Below are positions 1 to 11,382 of a DNA stretch of 64,000 nucleotides, piece after piece (the stretch's first letter is position 1; the number at the start of each line of letters is the position of its first letter). The stretch covers positions 3,616,001 to 3,680,000 of the forward strand of contig OY762069.1 of assembly GCA_963665095.1 (NCBI GenBank). Direction: 5' to 3'. The position numbers and the translations under genes were made by a program. This DNA comes from an uncultured Desulfobacter sp. Its GTDB lineage: Bacteria > Desulfobacterota > Desulfobacteria > Desulfobacterales > Desulfobacteraceae. The notes under the pieces are model-generated. The model was given only the letters and a program-made list of their open reading frames with translations. It had not been told where the DNA came from and did not search any database.

Positions 1-20
1 ATGTTTTTGCAAAGGATATT

Positions 21-494
21 ATGATTTCTGATTTTGACACAATTAATCAGGATGCTCCCATTGAAAATGCCATTAAAACTATTTTTACCGGAAAGGTAAG
101 AGGGACTGGAGATAAAACAACCAGCCTCATGGTTGTGGATGAAGCAAATAATTTTGTCGGTATCATTACTATGTTTGATATCCTCTATCACATAAGACCG
201 GGATTTCTTAATTATGGACTGGAAGGAAAGGATATTTCATGGCTGGGCATGATAGATATATGCAAAAAGGAGCTCATGAAGAAAAAAGTTCGGGATTTAA
301 TGAGCACAGAGGTTGTAGGCGCTTTTAAAGGTGAGCATATGATGACCCTGCTTGATCGAATGGTAAAAAATAAATACCATAGACTGCCTGTATTAGAGGA
401 CAATAAGCTCATTGGCGTTGTTTATATTTCTGATATATATTTCCATCTTTTTGCCAGAGCCGGCCTGGTAAATAAGCATGGGATATCCAATTAA
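21..494 (+). CDS. CBS domain-containing protein (may start upstream of window)
   Basis: Tandem CBS motifs (LMVVDE..FVGIIT..DIL; RLPVLEDNKLIGVV..SDI). The frame is open back to position 3 (VFAKDIM), so the true start may lie outside the window. Confidence 0.85.
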   Translation: MISDFDTINQDAPIENAIKTIFTGKVRGTGDKTTSLMVVDEANNFVGIITMFDILYHIRPGFLNYGLEGKDISWLGMIDICKKELMKKKVRDLMSTEVVGAFKGEHMMTLLDRMVKNKYHRLPVLEDNKLIGVVYISDIYFHLFARAGLVNKHGISN

Positions 495-994
495 GTTTCC
501 AGCAAAACAGCTAAGGTTACCGCAGTTTTGCTCACCCATAAGAGATAAAGCGTAAACACTTCCGGTTCAACCGGTGCATATCTGATTACGGCATTCAGAA
601 AAGGCCAAACTGGCAGCCTGCACCGGAACCGGAGAAATCGCCAGGCGCTGATTCGCGGCGACACGAAATATCTGGAGACCTGTCACTTTTCAAAATCACT
701 TCTCAAAAAGCCTGCCTTTCACATCGCTGAAAAACATATGACACAGCAGGTTAAAATATCGAATGCTATTGATACAATATTTAGGTTTTGACATTTTTAT
801 TAGTAGTCTGCTATGGTATAAAAATTAATAAATTAATAGTCTGCTCAACAATGCTTGCGGTTAAAATTTCGTCATCTATAAAAAAAGCAGCGTACACAAA
901 GTTTAACCTTAGGAGTCTGTGGTTTCACTATAAATATAGTTATAGTTCCCAGGGGATAAAACCTTACTATTTTAAATCATTAAAGGAGAGAAAT

Positions 995-1465
995 ATGAAA
1001 AGATTGACGATTTGTTTAGTTACCCTGTCGTGCATCTTTATCGTAACTAACTGTTTTTCGGCAGAAATCACTAAAGAGCAGGTAATTAAGCTTGTGGATA
1101 AAACCTGTGAAGATATCAAGGCTGACGTCGGCGGCACTTTTGAAAAAATTGCCAACGCGGAACATCCATATAAAGATGCTCAAAACCCTGCTTCCTATGT
1201 TTTCGTATATAATACCGAAGTGGTCATTGTCGCACATCCCAAAAAAAGTCTTATCGGCAGAAGCTACAAAGGCAAACCTGATGTCAGAGGCAAAAAATTC
1301 AGGGATGATATTGTCAATGGCGCCCTTAAAAACGGAACCGGATGGGTGGATTATTCCTATAAAAAGCCGGAAGAAAAAGGCATTCACCAAAAAACCACCT
1401 ACTATAAATTAGTTACTGGATCAGACGGTAACAAATACGTGGTTGCCAGCGGCAAGTACTTATAA
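995..1465 (+). CDS. Stand-alone secreted single Cache (sCache_2-like) domain protein
   Basis: RBS aaggag before ATG 995; signal peptide; YVFVY..VIVAHP..D..GK.F...GWVDY.Y.KP....K..YY Cache_2 pattern. Confidence 0.85.
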   Translation: MKRLTICLVTLSCIFIVTNCFSAEITKEQVIKLVDKTCEDIKADVGGTFEKIANAEHPYKDAQNPASYVFVYNTEVVIVAHPKKSLIGRSYKGKPDVRGKKFRDDIVNGALKNGTGWVDYSYKKPEEKGIHQKTTYYKLVTGSDGNKYVVASGKYL

Positions 1466-1503
1466 ACCCAAAGCTGTGCTCGCCCTAGGGAGATATTGCT
1501 AAA

Positions 1504-3138
1504 ATGACAATTCGATTCAAACTAATCCTAATTGCAGTGATCTCATTAATTTCTCTCGTCGCCACTGCCGGACTAGGACAATACAATCTATCACGTATGG
1601 CTGAAACCCTTGAACTTTATAACCAGAAGAATGAAACCCTTTTAACACTTTTCAGGGCCTCAAAAAATTTCGACAATATTCTTGAGGCTTATAAAGTTGA
1701 CATTATTGCCACCATGCTAGGCCAGGAAACTCATCAGGAGTGGGCCAAAGTTGAAGAAAACCTGGCGCATATTCAAGAGGAGCTGGTCCGGGCCGAGCAG
1801 ACAAACAATATGAAGCCTCTAATCAGGGATCTGCTGCAATCCCTTAAGCCGGACCTGAAAAAGGGCGTATCGTCTATCCTCGATGAAGACGCCTATGGTG
1901 CCAGTGAAATATTTTCGTCAAAAATTAATTCGCTACAAAAAAAGATAAAGCAGGAGATCAACCAGATTGTTTCAACTGCTGAAGAAATTTTAAAAACGAA
2001 TTATGATGATGCCTTTAAAAAATATCAGGCAAACCGGAAAATGCTGATCATCATCGTGTCGATCATCTGTATCGGCATATTTGCTTTTGTCCTGATCACC
2101 GGCAGCAGGATTTCGAAACGGCTCAAACAGGCCGAGCAGGATGTGGCCATCATTGCACAGGGTGACATGACGGTAAAAATGGAGGAGAACCCGTCCGATG
2201 AAATCGGTAAGTTGAACCAGTCACTGAACAAAATGACCACCGATCTCAGGGTAATGTTTAAAGACATTGCAATGGATGTCAAAACACTGAACGCCAACTC
2301 CAGTCTCCTTGCAACATCCGCAGGCGAAATTAAAACACAATGCGACCAGGCTGATGACAAATCAAACACCGTGTCCACAGAAGTCAGGGAGATGAAAGAG
2401 ACCATGAACAGTGTCGCAGCCGCCACTGAAGAGGCCTCAACCAGCATCCAGATGATTGTGGCCGCCTCCGAAGAGATGTCTGTGACCATTCAGGAGATTT
2501 CCCGAAATGCCAATCAGGGCAATCAAACCACCTCAGAAGCGGTACAGGTATCACAAGGCGTTTCAGAACTGATGGATAAACTTGGCCACGCCGCCTCTGA
2601 AATAGGTGAGTTTACAAGCACCATTGCAGACATTTCAGGGCAGATCAATCTGCTGGCACTGAACGCAACCATAGAAGCTGCCAGGGCAGGCGAGGCAGGA
2701 AAAGGCTTTGCCGTTGTTGCGGATGAAATTAAAACCCTGGCAGAACAAACCGATGTCGCTACCAGTGAAATTAAACAAAAAATTGACGGTATCCAGGGCA
2801 TTGCCAAGGATTCAATGGACGCTATTAAATCCGTTTCCGGCATCATTGGCAATGTCAATTCCATTATGTCAACCGTGGCAACATCTGTGAACGAGCAGAC
2901 AACAGCAACAGGCGAAATTTCCAACAATGTTGCCCAGGCAGGTTTAGGTGTGAATGAGGTAAGTGAAAATATCAATCACACAACTACGATCACAGAAGAG
3001 ATAAGTCAGCGAATCACCGAGGTCAGCCAACTGATTCAGGAGACCAACTCCCGCAGTGATGAGGTGAATAAAAGCGCGGACGAATTATCCCTGCTGGCTG
3101 AAAACTTACATGTGATGGTAAAGCGGTTTAAGCTGTAA
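1504..3138 (+). CDS. Methyl-accepting chemotaxis protein
   Basis: Two TM helices, HAMP, and the signature [31 protein letters not shown]. Confidence 0.95.
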   Translation: MTIRFKLILIAVISLISLVATAGLGQYNLSRMAETLELYNQKNETLLTLFRASKNFDNILEAYKVDIIATMLGQETHQEWAKVEENLAHIQEELVRAEQTNNMKPLIRDLLQSLKPDLKKGVSSILDEDAYGASEIFSSKINSLQKKIKQEINQIVSTAEEILKTNYDDAFKKYQANRKMLIIIVSIICIGIFAFVLITGSRISKRLKQAEQDVAIIAQGDMTVKMEENPSDEIGKLNQSLNKMTTDLRVMFKDIAMDVKTLNANSSLLATSAGEIKTQCDQADDKSNTVSTEVREMKETMNSVAAATEEASTSIQMIVAASEEMSVTIQEISRNANQGNQTTSEAVQVSQGVSELMDKLGHAASEIGEFTSTIADISGQINLLALNATIEAARAGEAGKGFAVVADEIKTLAEQTDVATSEIKQKIDGIQGIAKDSMDAIKSVSGIIGNVNSIMSTVATSVNEQTTATGEISNNVAQAGLGVNEVSENINHTTTITEEISQRITEVSQLIQETNSRSDEVNKSADELSLLAENLHVMVKRFKL

Positions 3139-3196
3139 TCATCAGGGCGTTCAAGCCCGTGCATCTCCTTCCTTGAGCTGCTCGTGCCCGGCAGTC

Positions 3197-3979
3197 TCAC
3201 GGTTTTTTCTGCACGGGCTGCGCCCCGATGATGGGCCAGATCTTATTGGCCCACCAGGTGATTCTGGGAAATTTTCCGGGGTAGACATGCATTTTCTTCT
3301 TTTCAATGCCTTTGATGGCGTCGGATACCACTGTTTCAGGCGGGTCTACAAATAAAGAGGGCACCCGCTTAGCCCGGACACTGCCATAAGACGGGGAGTT
3401 TAAAATATTGGTATCTGCCCAGAACGGATAGATGTTTGTCACAGGAATACCGTACTCTTTGAGCTCTTTTCCCAGCGCCATGCCAAAACTTCTCACGGCA
3501 AACTTTGACACCGAATAGGTGGTTTCATATGCCGTGGGGATAAAGCCTGCCACAGACGAAAGAAAGACAAAATGCCCCTTCCTTTGATTCACCATATCTT
3601 TGGCAAACAGTGAGGTCAGGTGCATGGGCGCAATGCTGTTCACCTGCATGAGTTTGTAAAAGCTTTCGGGGGGTGTTTCATGAAATTTTCCATAGGTGAG
3701 CATGCCGGCATTATTGATCACAATATCGGGCGTGCCGACATTTTTCATCACCTGCTCAAAAAGGGTCTTACACCCTTCAAAGGTGGAAAGATCCGCACCA
3801 GCGGCACAAATCACATCGCCAGGAACCCCCTTGGGCACCTCCCTGGAAAGAATGACATCACGATCAATGTCTGCCAGGATGAGGTGTGCCCCCTTTTCCA
3901 GCAGCTGCCGGGTGAATTCCGTGCCAAATCCGCCGCAGGCACCCGTTAGAAGGATTTTTTTATTTTCCAGATATGACAT
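3197..3979 (-). CDS. SDR family NAD(P)-dependent oxidoreductase
   Basis: TGACGGFG, NNAG and YSVSK motifs; RBS aggag before ATG 3979. Confidence 0.9.
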   Translation of the reverse strand: MSYLENKKILLTGACGGFGTEFTRQLLEKGAHLILADIDRDVILSREVPKGVPGDVICAAGADLSTFEGCKTLFEQVMKNVGTPDIVINNAGMLTYGKFHETPPESFYKLMQVNSIAPMHLTSLFAKDMVNQRKGHFVFLSSVAGFIPTAYETTYSVSKFAVRSFGMALGKELKEYGIPVTNIYPFWADTNILNSPSYGSVRAKRVPSLFVDPPETVVSDAIKGIEKKKMHVYPGKFPRITWWANKIWPIIGAQPVQKKP

Positions 3980-3993
3980 AAAGATCTCCTTTC

Positions 3994-4875
3994 TCAACTG
4001 TTGGATGTTTCGCCTAAAATCCCTTTCAGGCGGTCTTTAAATGTTGCTTCCTGGTCATGGATATAGGGCATTTGGGGAGTGGGAAAGTTCGCCACAGGCC
4101 GCCCCGGATTCAGCCGGGTCTGAAGGTAGTCCGAGCTCATGATACCCACAGGTTTTGCCGTTTCAAGACCCAGATCCCGGACATTTTGGGTCATGCGGTG
4201 GTTGCCGGGGCCGGCCTTGACTTCAATGTGCCTGCAGGTACAGTTTTTCATCTTACCGTTGACTTCGGTCTCCACCCGGAAGATGGTATCTTCGTAGTTG
4301 TTAAAGGAGACCAGGTCAAAGGCTTTGGTGGTGATGCCGGGCCCCATGGTCCCTTTGACCTGGACGATGGATTCGTCTGTGTCGGGATCCATGACCCCGA
4401 ACTCAAAATTATTGCCTGAAAGACGGGAAGGAATGGTGGTCAGAAACTTGGGAAACCCCCAGATTTCGCGGCCTGCCGCCCGGGCCGCCGGAATGGTCAC
4501 GGGCATCTCCAGCACATACGACCCCAGCTTTTTCCATAAAGCCGCTTTTTTAGCCAGCATAATAGTGGGAATGGGCAAAGAGGGGGCGCCTAAGGCCTCG
4601 GGATAGCACATGATGGAGATCACCACCTCGTCATAGGCCCCGATGGTGACATCCTGATAGTTGAAAAAAATCAGAGAGACCATGGACTTGTCTTTAAAAA
4701 ACCGGCAGGGTTTAAGCCCTGTGCCCTCAAGTTTTGGCAAAACTTTTTCGTAATCGATGAAATAATTGACGATCCGGGCGGCCATCCGGTAGAAAAACAT
4801 GGGCACCTGGGTAGGGGTGTACGACGTGGTGTAAAAGGTCCTGGGTACATCAAAAAAATCTTTTTTCATCATCAT
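3994..4875 (-). CDS. Acetoacetate decarboxylase (ADC) family protein
   Basis: IGAYDEVVISI and EMPVT..AARAAGREIWGFPK (Schiff-base Lys) ADC-family pattern. Confidence 0.8.
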   Translation of the reverse strand: MMMKKDFFDVPRTFYTTSYTPTQVPMFFYRMAARIVNYFIDYEKVLPKLEGTGLKPCRFFKDKSMVSLIFFNYQDVTIGAYDEVVISIMCYPEALGAPSLPIPTIMLAKKAALWKKLGSYVLEMPVTIPAARAAGREIWGFPKFLTTIPSRLSGNNFEFGVMDPDTDESIVQVKGTMGPGITTKAFDLVSFNNYEDTIFRVETEVNGKMKNCTCRHIEVKAGPGNHRMTQNVRDLGLETAKPVGIMSSDYLQTRLNPGRPVANFPTPQMPYIHDQEATFKDRLKGILGETSNS

Positions 4876-5540
4876 TCTCCCTGGCTTGGTAGTTGAGATA
4901 TATCCTGCCTGAATTTTTCGGCAATGCCGGTCAGGTGCTTCTCTTTTAAAGACAACGGATCTTCGTGGATGTAGGACAGATTGGTGTTATTGCACCCGGC
5001 AATAAATCCATGGATGATACTCCAGTAATGGATGAGCAGGAACCGGACATCCTGGTCTTTAATTTGTTTATCCATGGTTCCGGCATAATCCATGATGGTG
5101 GCAGAAAATATCCCCGGAATTTTCATAGCCACCTCAAGCTGCTGCTTTGCCACAGGTTCCATGGAGGTGCCTGCATAGGTGTTATATTTGGGCACATGCC
5201 AGGTATACATCAGGTTATAAAAATTGACATTGGTCAGGCCAAATTCCATGTAGGCGGCAATCATGGCCCTAAGCTGTTCAGAAGGGTCATGGTGCTGCGC
5301 CCTGGCAGCTTCAAGCTGCTGGTAAAGGGAGTCAAACCCTTTAATTAGCAGGTTGATAAACAGATCATCCTTGTTTTTATAGTAGTTATAAATAGTTGTT
5401 GCGGTGACGCCTAAATTCACCCCGAGCTTTCGCATGGTAAACCCGTCATATCCGATATCAACAATCAACCGGGCTGCCTGTTTCAGTATCCTGAATTTAA
5501 CCTGGTCTATCTCTTCCTGTGTTCGCTGTACTTTGGGCAT
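4872..5540 (-). CDS. TetR/AcrR family transcriptional regulator
   Basis: N-terminal HTH GYDGFTMRKLG..LGVTATTIYNYYKNKDDL. Confidence 0.92.
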   Translation of the reverse strand: MPKVQRTQEEIDQVKFRILKQAARLIVDIGYDGFTMRKLGVNLGVTATTIYNYYKNKDDLFINLLIKGFDSLYQQLEAARAQHHDPSEQLRAMIAAYMEFGLTNVNFYNLMYTWHVPKYNTYAGTSMEPVAKQQLEVAMKIPGIFSATIMDYAGTMDKQIKDQDVRFLLIHYWSIIHGFIAGCNNTNLSYIHEDPLSLKEKHLTGIAEKFRQDISQLPSQGE

Positions 5541-5573
5541 GAACCGTCTTTTTTTATCCCTGCAGTTTTTAAT

Positions 5574-5599
5574 TTAACATTGTTAATATAACGCTGTTA
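5574..5599. promoter_or_regulatory. Tandem TAAC-N3-GTTA palindromes, probable TetR operator
   Basis: ttaacattgttaa (5574-5586) and taacgctgtta (5589-5599) lie just upstream of the tetR start. Confidence 0.55.
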
Positions 5600-5647
5600 C
5601 ACTAAATTCAACCAATTTTTCTCTACCTCGAACTAATGTTCAAAAAT

Positions 5648-5974
5648 TCAGCAATAAAGTGTTCGCTTTATCTGCTTTTCAGGATAAAAACAGATCCCGA
5701 ACCCGGTTCTTTCCACCCCGATGGTAATGTCTCCACCCGGGCTGCAGTACTGGCGGGCATTATCCAGAAGATTCTGCAGAACAATGCACATGCGCCCAAA
5801 ATCCAGATAAACAAGGGAAAGCAGGCCAGATGTATCATTGAAAAAATGCCCCCGGCTGGCCATAATATCCCGGTTTCTGTCATAAAAAACAGCAGGCCAC
5901 AGGCTATGCATGTGATGATACAGTCCTGTGTAATAAAGTACCGGACCAGCTTGATGTATATGGCCTTCATTCAT
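5648..5974 (-). pseudogene. Sensor histidine kinase remnant
   Basis: HATPase N-box fragment (LDFGRMCIVLQNLLDNARQY..GGDITIGV) joined out of frame to a hydrophobic N-terminus; no H-box or G-boxes. Confidence 0.6.
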
Positions 5975-6007
5975 CCCACCTGAAAGGGTTGCCTGGGGTA
6001 ATGCTGT

Positions 6008-6487
6008 TTACGAATGTAACAGCTGCTGGATATCTTTATCAATTTTTTCAGGCGGGGTGACAGGAGCATACCGCTTCACCGGGCGGCCTGAACGGTCAAT
6101 GAGAAATTTGGTGAAATTCCATTTAATGGCCTTTCCGGCAAGCCCGGATTTTTCTTCTTTTAAAAACCGGAACAGTGGATGGGCATCCCTGCCGTTCACT
6201 GAAATTTTCTGGAACATGGGGAAAGTCACCCCGTAATTAATGGCGCACACCTGCTCAATATCACTTTGGGTGCCCGGTTCCTGGTTGGCAAACTGGTTGC
6301 ACGGAAATCCTAAAACAAAAAAGCCCTGATCTTTGTATGTTTCGTAAAGTGTCTGCAATCCTTTGAACTGAGGTGTAAACCCGCACTTGCTTGCCGTGTT
6401 CACAACCAGCAGCACGTTTCCTTTAAAATCTGCCATTGAGATGGTTTCGCCCTTAAGCGTCTCCAAAGAGATATCGTAAATATCCAC
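6008..6487 (-). CDS. Glutathione peroxidase family protein (Cys type)
   Basis: [20 protein letters not shown] and IKWNFTKFL motifs. Confidence 0.95.
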   Translation of the reverse strand: MDIYDISLETLKGETISMADFKGNVLLVVNTASKCGFTPQFKGLQTLYETYKDQGFFVLGFPCNQFANQEPGTQSDIEQVCAINYGVTFPMFQKISVNGRDAHPLFRFLKEEKSGLAGKAIKWNFTKFLIDRSGRPVKRYAPVTPPEKIDKDIQQLLHS

Positions 6488-6823
6488 AGGTGTGTACCTC
6501 CTTTTTTTATATAGTGTGTGAACGAAAAGTCACCCGGTACGATATTTTAGCAAAAATAATTCATAAGGCTAACGAATAATGATAGATCGAGTGAGGAACG
6601 AACCAAGATCTTGGTTGATTGTTGAACAGGTCCGGCTAAAATAAGCCGGATTTTCTTATAAACCGAATAAAAATATTTGTAACTTAATCCCCATGCAGGT
6701 ATGTTTTTATGCGGCTCTTTAAAAGAAATAATTTGTTGTGCCACAGTGCATATTGCCCTGTGGAAAATCATTGACTTAACCCGGTCGTTGACTTAATCCG
6801 AGTTGCCCATGAGAGGTCCCGAT

Positions 6824-8418
6824 ATGTTTTTTCGTGCACTTGTCTGTATCTGTTTCCTGTTTTTTCCTGCTTTTATGCCCGCTGCAGCTTTGCCCAGGAC
6901 TTTCCCCTGCAGCTTACATTTGCCAATCTAACGGCTGTCAAGGAAAAGCACCATCATTACGGGGCGCTCAACGGTTTGAAAAAACAATATTATGGTGAGT
7001 ACTGGGAAGAGAAATACACATTTTCTGACAAGCTGGCCAATGCAGACCGTTTTGCGCTCATGTCAGACACCATTTTGCATCTGTTGAACAATTCCGCCCA
7101 TTCATTTACCAGGTACGACTACCTTGAGTTTGAATATGGCGGTCAATCATACGCCATGAAGCTGGACGCCTATGCAAAAACGGCCACTATAAAGTTGACT
7201 CGACGCTGTGCCTATTCCCCGTTTCTTTCCCTGCAAATGGCTGACTGGCCCATGGATGCAAAGCTTGCCGCCAAGGTGGGCGATGTCCCGCTGCTACCCG
7301 TTGCACCATATGCCGATGAACTTGAGGTAACAGGCCTGAAATACAAAAATTACGAAGAGAAACAGTTCCGGACTAAAGGTGTTACCATTGATGCAAAGGG
7401 TAAATTCTGGGAAATCCGGTATGCTCTGAAAAAGTATGATAAACACAACCTACTGCGTTATCGGGCAACTCACAATTACCGTGATTTGCTTGCCAAACAG
7501 GGCGCACGGATCAGCATGGACGGTGATGCCGGCTTTATTTTCTCCCTGGATTATAAAGGCAGACACTATGCTGGAGATTTTGCCGCCTATGACAGCACGG
7601 CTGAACTCAAGATCATCGAAGAGGATGCCTTTAAACAGACCCTTGTTCTTTCGCCTGACAAGCTTAAGTCCCAGCTTGATGCAAAGGGCAAGGTCACCCT
7701 GCAAGGCATCTATTTTGACACGAACAAGGCAACCTTGAAAAAAGAGTCTAACAGCGCCATCCTTGCCGCTGCATCTCTTTTGAAACAGTATGGCGATTTG
7801 ATCCTTGAAGTTCAGGGCCATACCGACAACCAGGGCGATGACGCCTATAACCTTGAACTTTCAGCCCAGCGGGCCGAAAGCGTTGTAAAGGCCCTGGTCG
7901 CCGAAGGGGTGGAAAAAACACGCCTGGTATCCAAAGGTTTCGGGGAGAAATCCCCTGTGGCTGATAATGCAACAAAAGAGGGCCGCGCCCAAAACCGCCG
8001 CGTGGAACTGCACCGCATAAGCGGGGGCAATGAGATGACGATGATCAGCATTGATTTCATCAAGCCGCTGCCCGGTGCTGTTCTTGAAGCCAAACGCCAC
8101 TACAGCGAGGGTGAGTTGACAGTTCATCACACCCCTCCCTGGGCCGATAAAAAGCATGTGGAGACGGTCACGGCATCGGATTACGACGTCTGCTCCTATA
8201 TTATTGAACGTGACGGCAAAACCGATACCAGCCTGGGGCCCACGGAGATTATTGCCAATTACCGTAATATCCTGCCCATGCTGGGGGCACAGTTATTGGG
8301 CGAGTATCAGAGCAGGATCTATTTCGCCTTTGAGGATCGTGGAGACCGGCGCACGCTTTTCGGTGTCATTGCAGCCTATACCGGTCAATATGAAGTGAGG
8401 GTATATCTCCTTGATTGA
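6824..8418 (+). pseudogene. OmpA-family peptidoglycan-binding protein, frameshifted in the signal peptide
   Basis: OmpA_C motifs (IYFDTNKATL, EVQGHTDNQG..YNLELSAQRA, GRAQNRRVE). ATG 6824 with RBS gagagg is out of frame with the body ORF 6976-8418; one extra T at ~6889-6891 restores MFFRALV...AAAFA/QD. Confidence 0.7.
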
Positions 8419-8443
8419 GCCTTAAGGTTGAGGTGTCGGGGAG

Positions 8444-8555
8444 GGATTCCTGCTTGATCGAGAATGTGGCCGTATGCGCCCGGGCCTTTGCCATGGTCAC
8501 ATGGCCCGGTGCCGAGTCCCGGAAGGGTGAAAAGACTGATTCGGAGGAGATACTC
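8444..8555 (+). pseudogene. Internal fragment of a ddaH paralog
   Basis: Translates DSCLIENVAVCARAFAMVTWPGAESRKGEKTDSEEIL; ungapped match to ddaH 11716-11827. Confidence 0.8.
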
Positions 8556-8695
8556 TCCCAAAACACAACAGCGCCGGGTGGATGATCAAATGATTGCCCA
8601 GATTCTTGAATCCTGTGCTGCTGTCCCGCTGATTCAACGCCTTCTCCTGCCGGTAAAAATAAAGAGACAAGCCCTGAAACCATCAAAACCACGTA

Positions 8696-9598
8696 TTAAC
8701 AGGACTCTGCCTCTAAGGCTGTGACCAGCCACTGCCTGACCGCGGTGACACTCCTGGAATTTCGGTTCATATCCGGCCAGGAAAAATAATAATTGCCGGT
8801 GCGGATGGGGGTAAGCCCCAAAGGCGCCACCAGTCGGCCTGATTCCAGTTCATCCCGGATGAGGAAAAGATCGCCCAAAGCCACGCCTAAACCGGCGGTG
8901 GCCGCCTGCAGCGCCGCATCATCCACCTCAAAGACCTGGCCCCTTTCCAGGGAGAGGTCGGGCAGCCCGTTTTGGTCCGCCCAGGCAGCCCACTCCTTTA
9001 AATCCGGGCTGTTGTGGAGCAGTACATGGTGCTTTAAATCTTCGGGACAGGTTAGGGGTGGCTGACGCTTCAGCAGTTGCGGCGAGCATACCGGAATCAA
9101 CTGCTCTTTGAGGATCTCTTCCCGGCTGACGCCCGGGATATCTTCTCCAAGATGGGTGATGCCGGCATCAAAATTTTCCTTGGAAAAATCCACGTTCACA
9201 CTGGATGTGGTGAACCGGACCTGGATATCCGGGTGAAGGGCCTGGAAATTATGAAGCTGGGGAATCAGCCAGCGGATGGCAAAGGTGGGGTGGACCTTGA
9301 GGTTCAGATCCTGCGGCTGGTGCTTCAGCCTGACCACGGCATCGGCCATGATATCAAAGGCCCGGGTCAGGGGCCGGACCAGCAGCCGCCCCTGCTCGGT
9401 CAGGGCAAGTTCTCGGTGGTGCCGGTGAAACAGGATCACATCAAGCTGACTTTCCAGAAGCTTGATCTGGCGACTCACCGCCCCCTGGGTGACATTGAGC
9501 TCCCGGGCGGCCCGGGTAAAAGAGAGCTGCCTGGCGGCTGATTCAAACACCTTCAGTCCGTTCAGGGAGGGCAGATGCTGGTAATGGGGGTGTTGCAT
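8696..9598 (-). CDS. LysR family regulator (GcvA-like)
   Basis: LPSLNGLKVFESAARQLSFTRAARELNVTQGAVSRQIK HTH; divergent from rocD. Confidence 0.95.
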   Translation of the reverse strand: MQHPHYQHLPSLNGLKVFESAARQLSFTRAARELNVTQGAVSRQIKLLESQLDVILFHRHHRELALTEQGRLLVRPLTRAFDIMADAVVRLKHQPQDLNLKVHPTFAIRWLIPQLHNFQALHPDIQVRFTTSSVNVDFSKENFDAGITHLGEDIPGVSREEILKEQLIPVCSPQLLKRQPPLTCPEDLKHHVLLHNSPDLKEWAAWADQNGLPDLSLERGQVFEVDDAALQAATAGLGVALGDLFLIRDELESGRLVAPLGLTPIRTGNYYFSWPDMNRNSRSVTAVRQWLVTALEAESC

Positions 9599-9718
9599 GA
9601 GTTTTTCTCACTCATTATATGTGTTAAAATGATTTGACCAGTCTCCTTAATACTGTGATATTTAAAATATTAAAACTAATAATTCAGATATTAATCTATG
9701 AAAAAAATAGAGGTAACA

Positions 9719-10930
9719 ATGAACACAGAAGAATTAATCCGCCTTGAGAATCAATATGGGGCAAAAAACTACAAGCCTTTGGATGTGGTCTTAAACAAGG
9801 GAAAGGGAATCTGGGTATGGGATGTGGAAGGCAACAAATATCTGGACTGCCTGTCTGCTTACTCTGCCGTAAATCAGGGGCACTGCCATCCTGAAATCAA
9901 ACAGGCCATGCTGGAACAGGCTGAAAAACTGACCCTGACCTCCCGTGCCTTTCGCAATGACCAGCTGCCCCTTTTGTACCAGGAGCTGTGCGAACTGACG
10001 GATTCCCATAAGGTGCTGCCCATGAACTCCGGAGCGGAAGCCGTTGAAACCGTGATCAAGTGCGCCAGAAAATGGGGGTACGAATCCAAGGGGGTACCAG
10101 AGGGGAAAGCTGAAGTGATTGTATGCCAGGACAATTTCCATGGCCGGACCCTGTCCATCATTGGATTTTCCACAGACGAAAACGCAAGGCAGAATTTCGG
10201 TCCCTTTACTCCAGGGTTTACCACCATTCCCTTTGGGGATGCCCATGCCCTGGAAAATACCATCACCCCGAACACGGTGGCATTTATGGTGGAACCGATC
10301 CAGGGAGAGGCGGGGGTGATCATTCCGCCCAAGGGATATCTTAAAAAGGTCCGGGAGATCTGCACCCGGAAAAACATCCTCATGATTCTGGATGAAATTC
10401 AGACAGGCCTTGGCCGGACAGGAAAGCTTCTGGCAGAGGAGCACGAAGGGGTCCAGGCAGACCTGACACTGATCGGCAAAGCCCTTTCCGGCGGATTTTA
10501 TCCCGTATCCGCCGTTCTCTCCAACGAGGCGGTTTTAGGGCTTCTTCAACCCGGCCAGCACGGATCCACCTTTGGCGGCAACCCCATGGCCTGTGCCGTG
10601 GCCCGCATGGCCTTAAAGGTCCTGGTGGAAGAGAATATGATTGAAAATGCCGCCGACATGGGGGCGTATTTTCTGGGTGAACTGAAAAAAATAACCCATC
10701 CGGCCATTAAGGAGATCAGAGGCATCGGCCTTATGATTGCCGTTGAACTGCATGAAGGCACCCCCGGCGGGGCCAGGGCCATTTGTGAAGACCTTGCAAA
10801 GATGGGAATTCTATGCAAGGAGACCCATACTTATACCATCCGGTTTGCACCGCCCCTGATCATTACAAAGCCCGATATTGACTGGGCAGTGGAGAAAATC
10901 TCCAGGGCTTTTGACAATGTTGCCCGTTAA
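9719..10930 (+). CDS. rocD: Ornithine--oxo-acid aminotransferase
   Basis: [61 protein letters not shown]. Confidence 0.93.
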   Translation: MNTEELIRLENQYGAKNYKPLDVVLNKGKGIWVWDVEGNKYLDCLSAYSAVNQGHCHPEIKQAMLEQAEKLTLTSRAFRNDQLPLLYQELCELTDSHKVLPMNSGAEAVETVIKCARKWGYESKGVPEGKAEVIVCQDNFHGRTLSIIGFSTDENARQNFGPFTPGFTTIPFGDAHALENTITPNTVAFMVEPIQGEAGVIIPPKGYLKKVREICTRKNILMILDEIQTGLGRTGKLLAEEHEGVQADLTLIGKALSGGFYPVSAVLSNEAVLGLLQPGQHGSTFGGNPMACAVARMALKVLVEENMIENAADMGAYFLGELKKITHPAIKEIRGIGLMIAVELHEGTPGGARAICEDLAKMGILCKETHTYTIRFAPPLIITKPDIDWAVEKISRAFDNVAR

Positions 10931-11000
10931 CCGCCTGAAACAGACAGGGAGACCAATATCAAAAACCCAAATAGTTAATATGTTGTATTCATAATAAAAA

Positions 11001-11195
11001 TTGTATATCCTATCAAAAATTTCACAAGGCCGGTTTGATAATACAAGCGAAGCCGTTCGTGCTGATTTGCGGCTTCTGGAAGTTGAAGAAATCAAGCTGG
11101 AAGCGTTACGCGCAAGATTGGCAGAAGGTGAAGCGCAGCTTGACAAAGGACAAGGGGTTGACGGCCAATCTTTCATGGATGGATTGATCGGCTGA
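11001..11195 (+). pseudogene. ParD-like antitoxin, 5'-truncated
   Basis: GRFDNTSEAVRADLRLLE..KLEALRARLAEGE matches ParD_antitoxin; the N-terminal beta strand is missing. Confidence 0.7.
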
Positions 11196-11196
11196 C

Positions 11197-11382
11197 ATGA
11201 ATCAATATATTCTTTCTCTCAATGCACAAAAGAGTTTGCGTGACATCAAAGCCTATTCTCTTGGGAAATTTGGTGAACAACAGACCATCACCTACTTAAA
11301 GCTTATTGAAAAAAAGTTGCAAATGATAGCAGAGAGCCCAGATATAGGCCGGAAACGTGAAGAAATTAACAAAGGCTATTGA
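11197..11382 (+). pseudogene. ParE toxin, 3'-truncated
   Basis: Y.LS..AQKSLRDI..YS...FG..Q...Y...I......IAESPDIGR.REEI..GY, then a stop at 61 aa (ParE is ~95 aa). Confidence 0.75.

Noticed and set aside
495..790. Possible gene remnant or ncRNA after the CBS gene
   Set aside because: No recognisable protein motif or stable structure.
6008..6487. Selenocysteine glutathione peroxidase
   Set aside because: The active-site codon is TGC (Cys); there is no in-frame TGA.
6567..6627. attC-like site (ggctaac...gttgaac)
   Set aside because: The L boxes do not pair convincingly.
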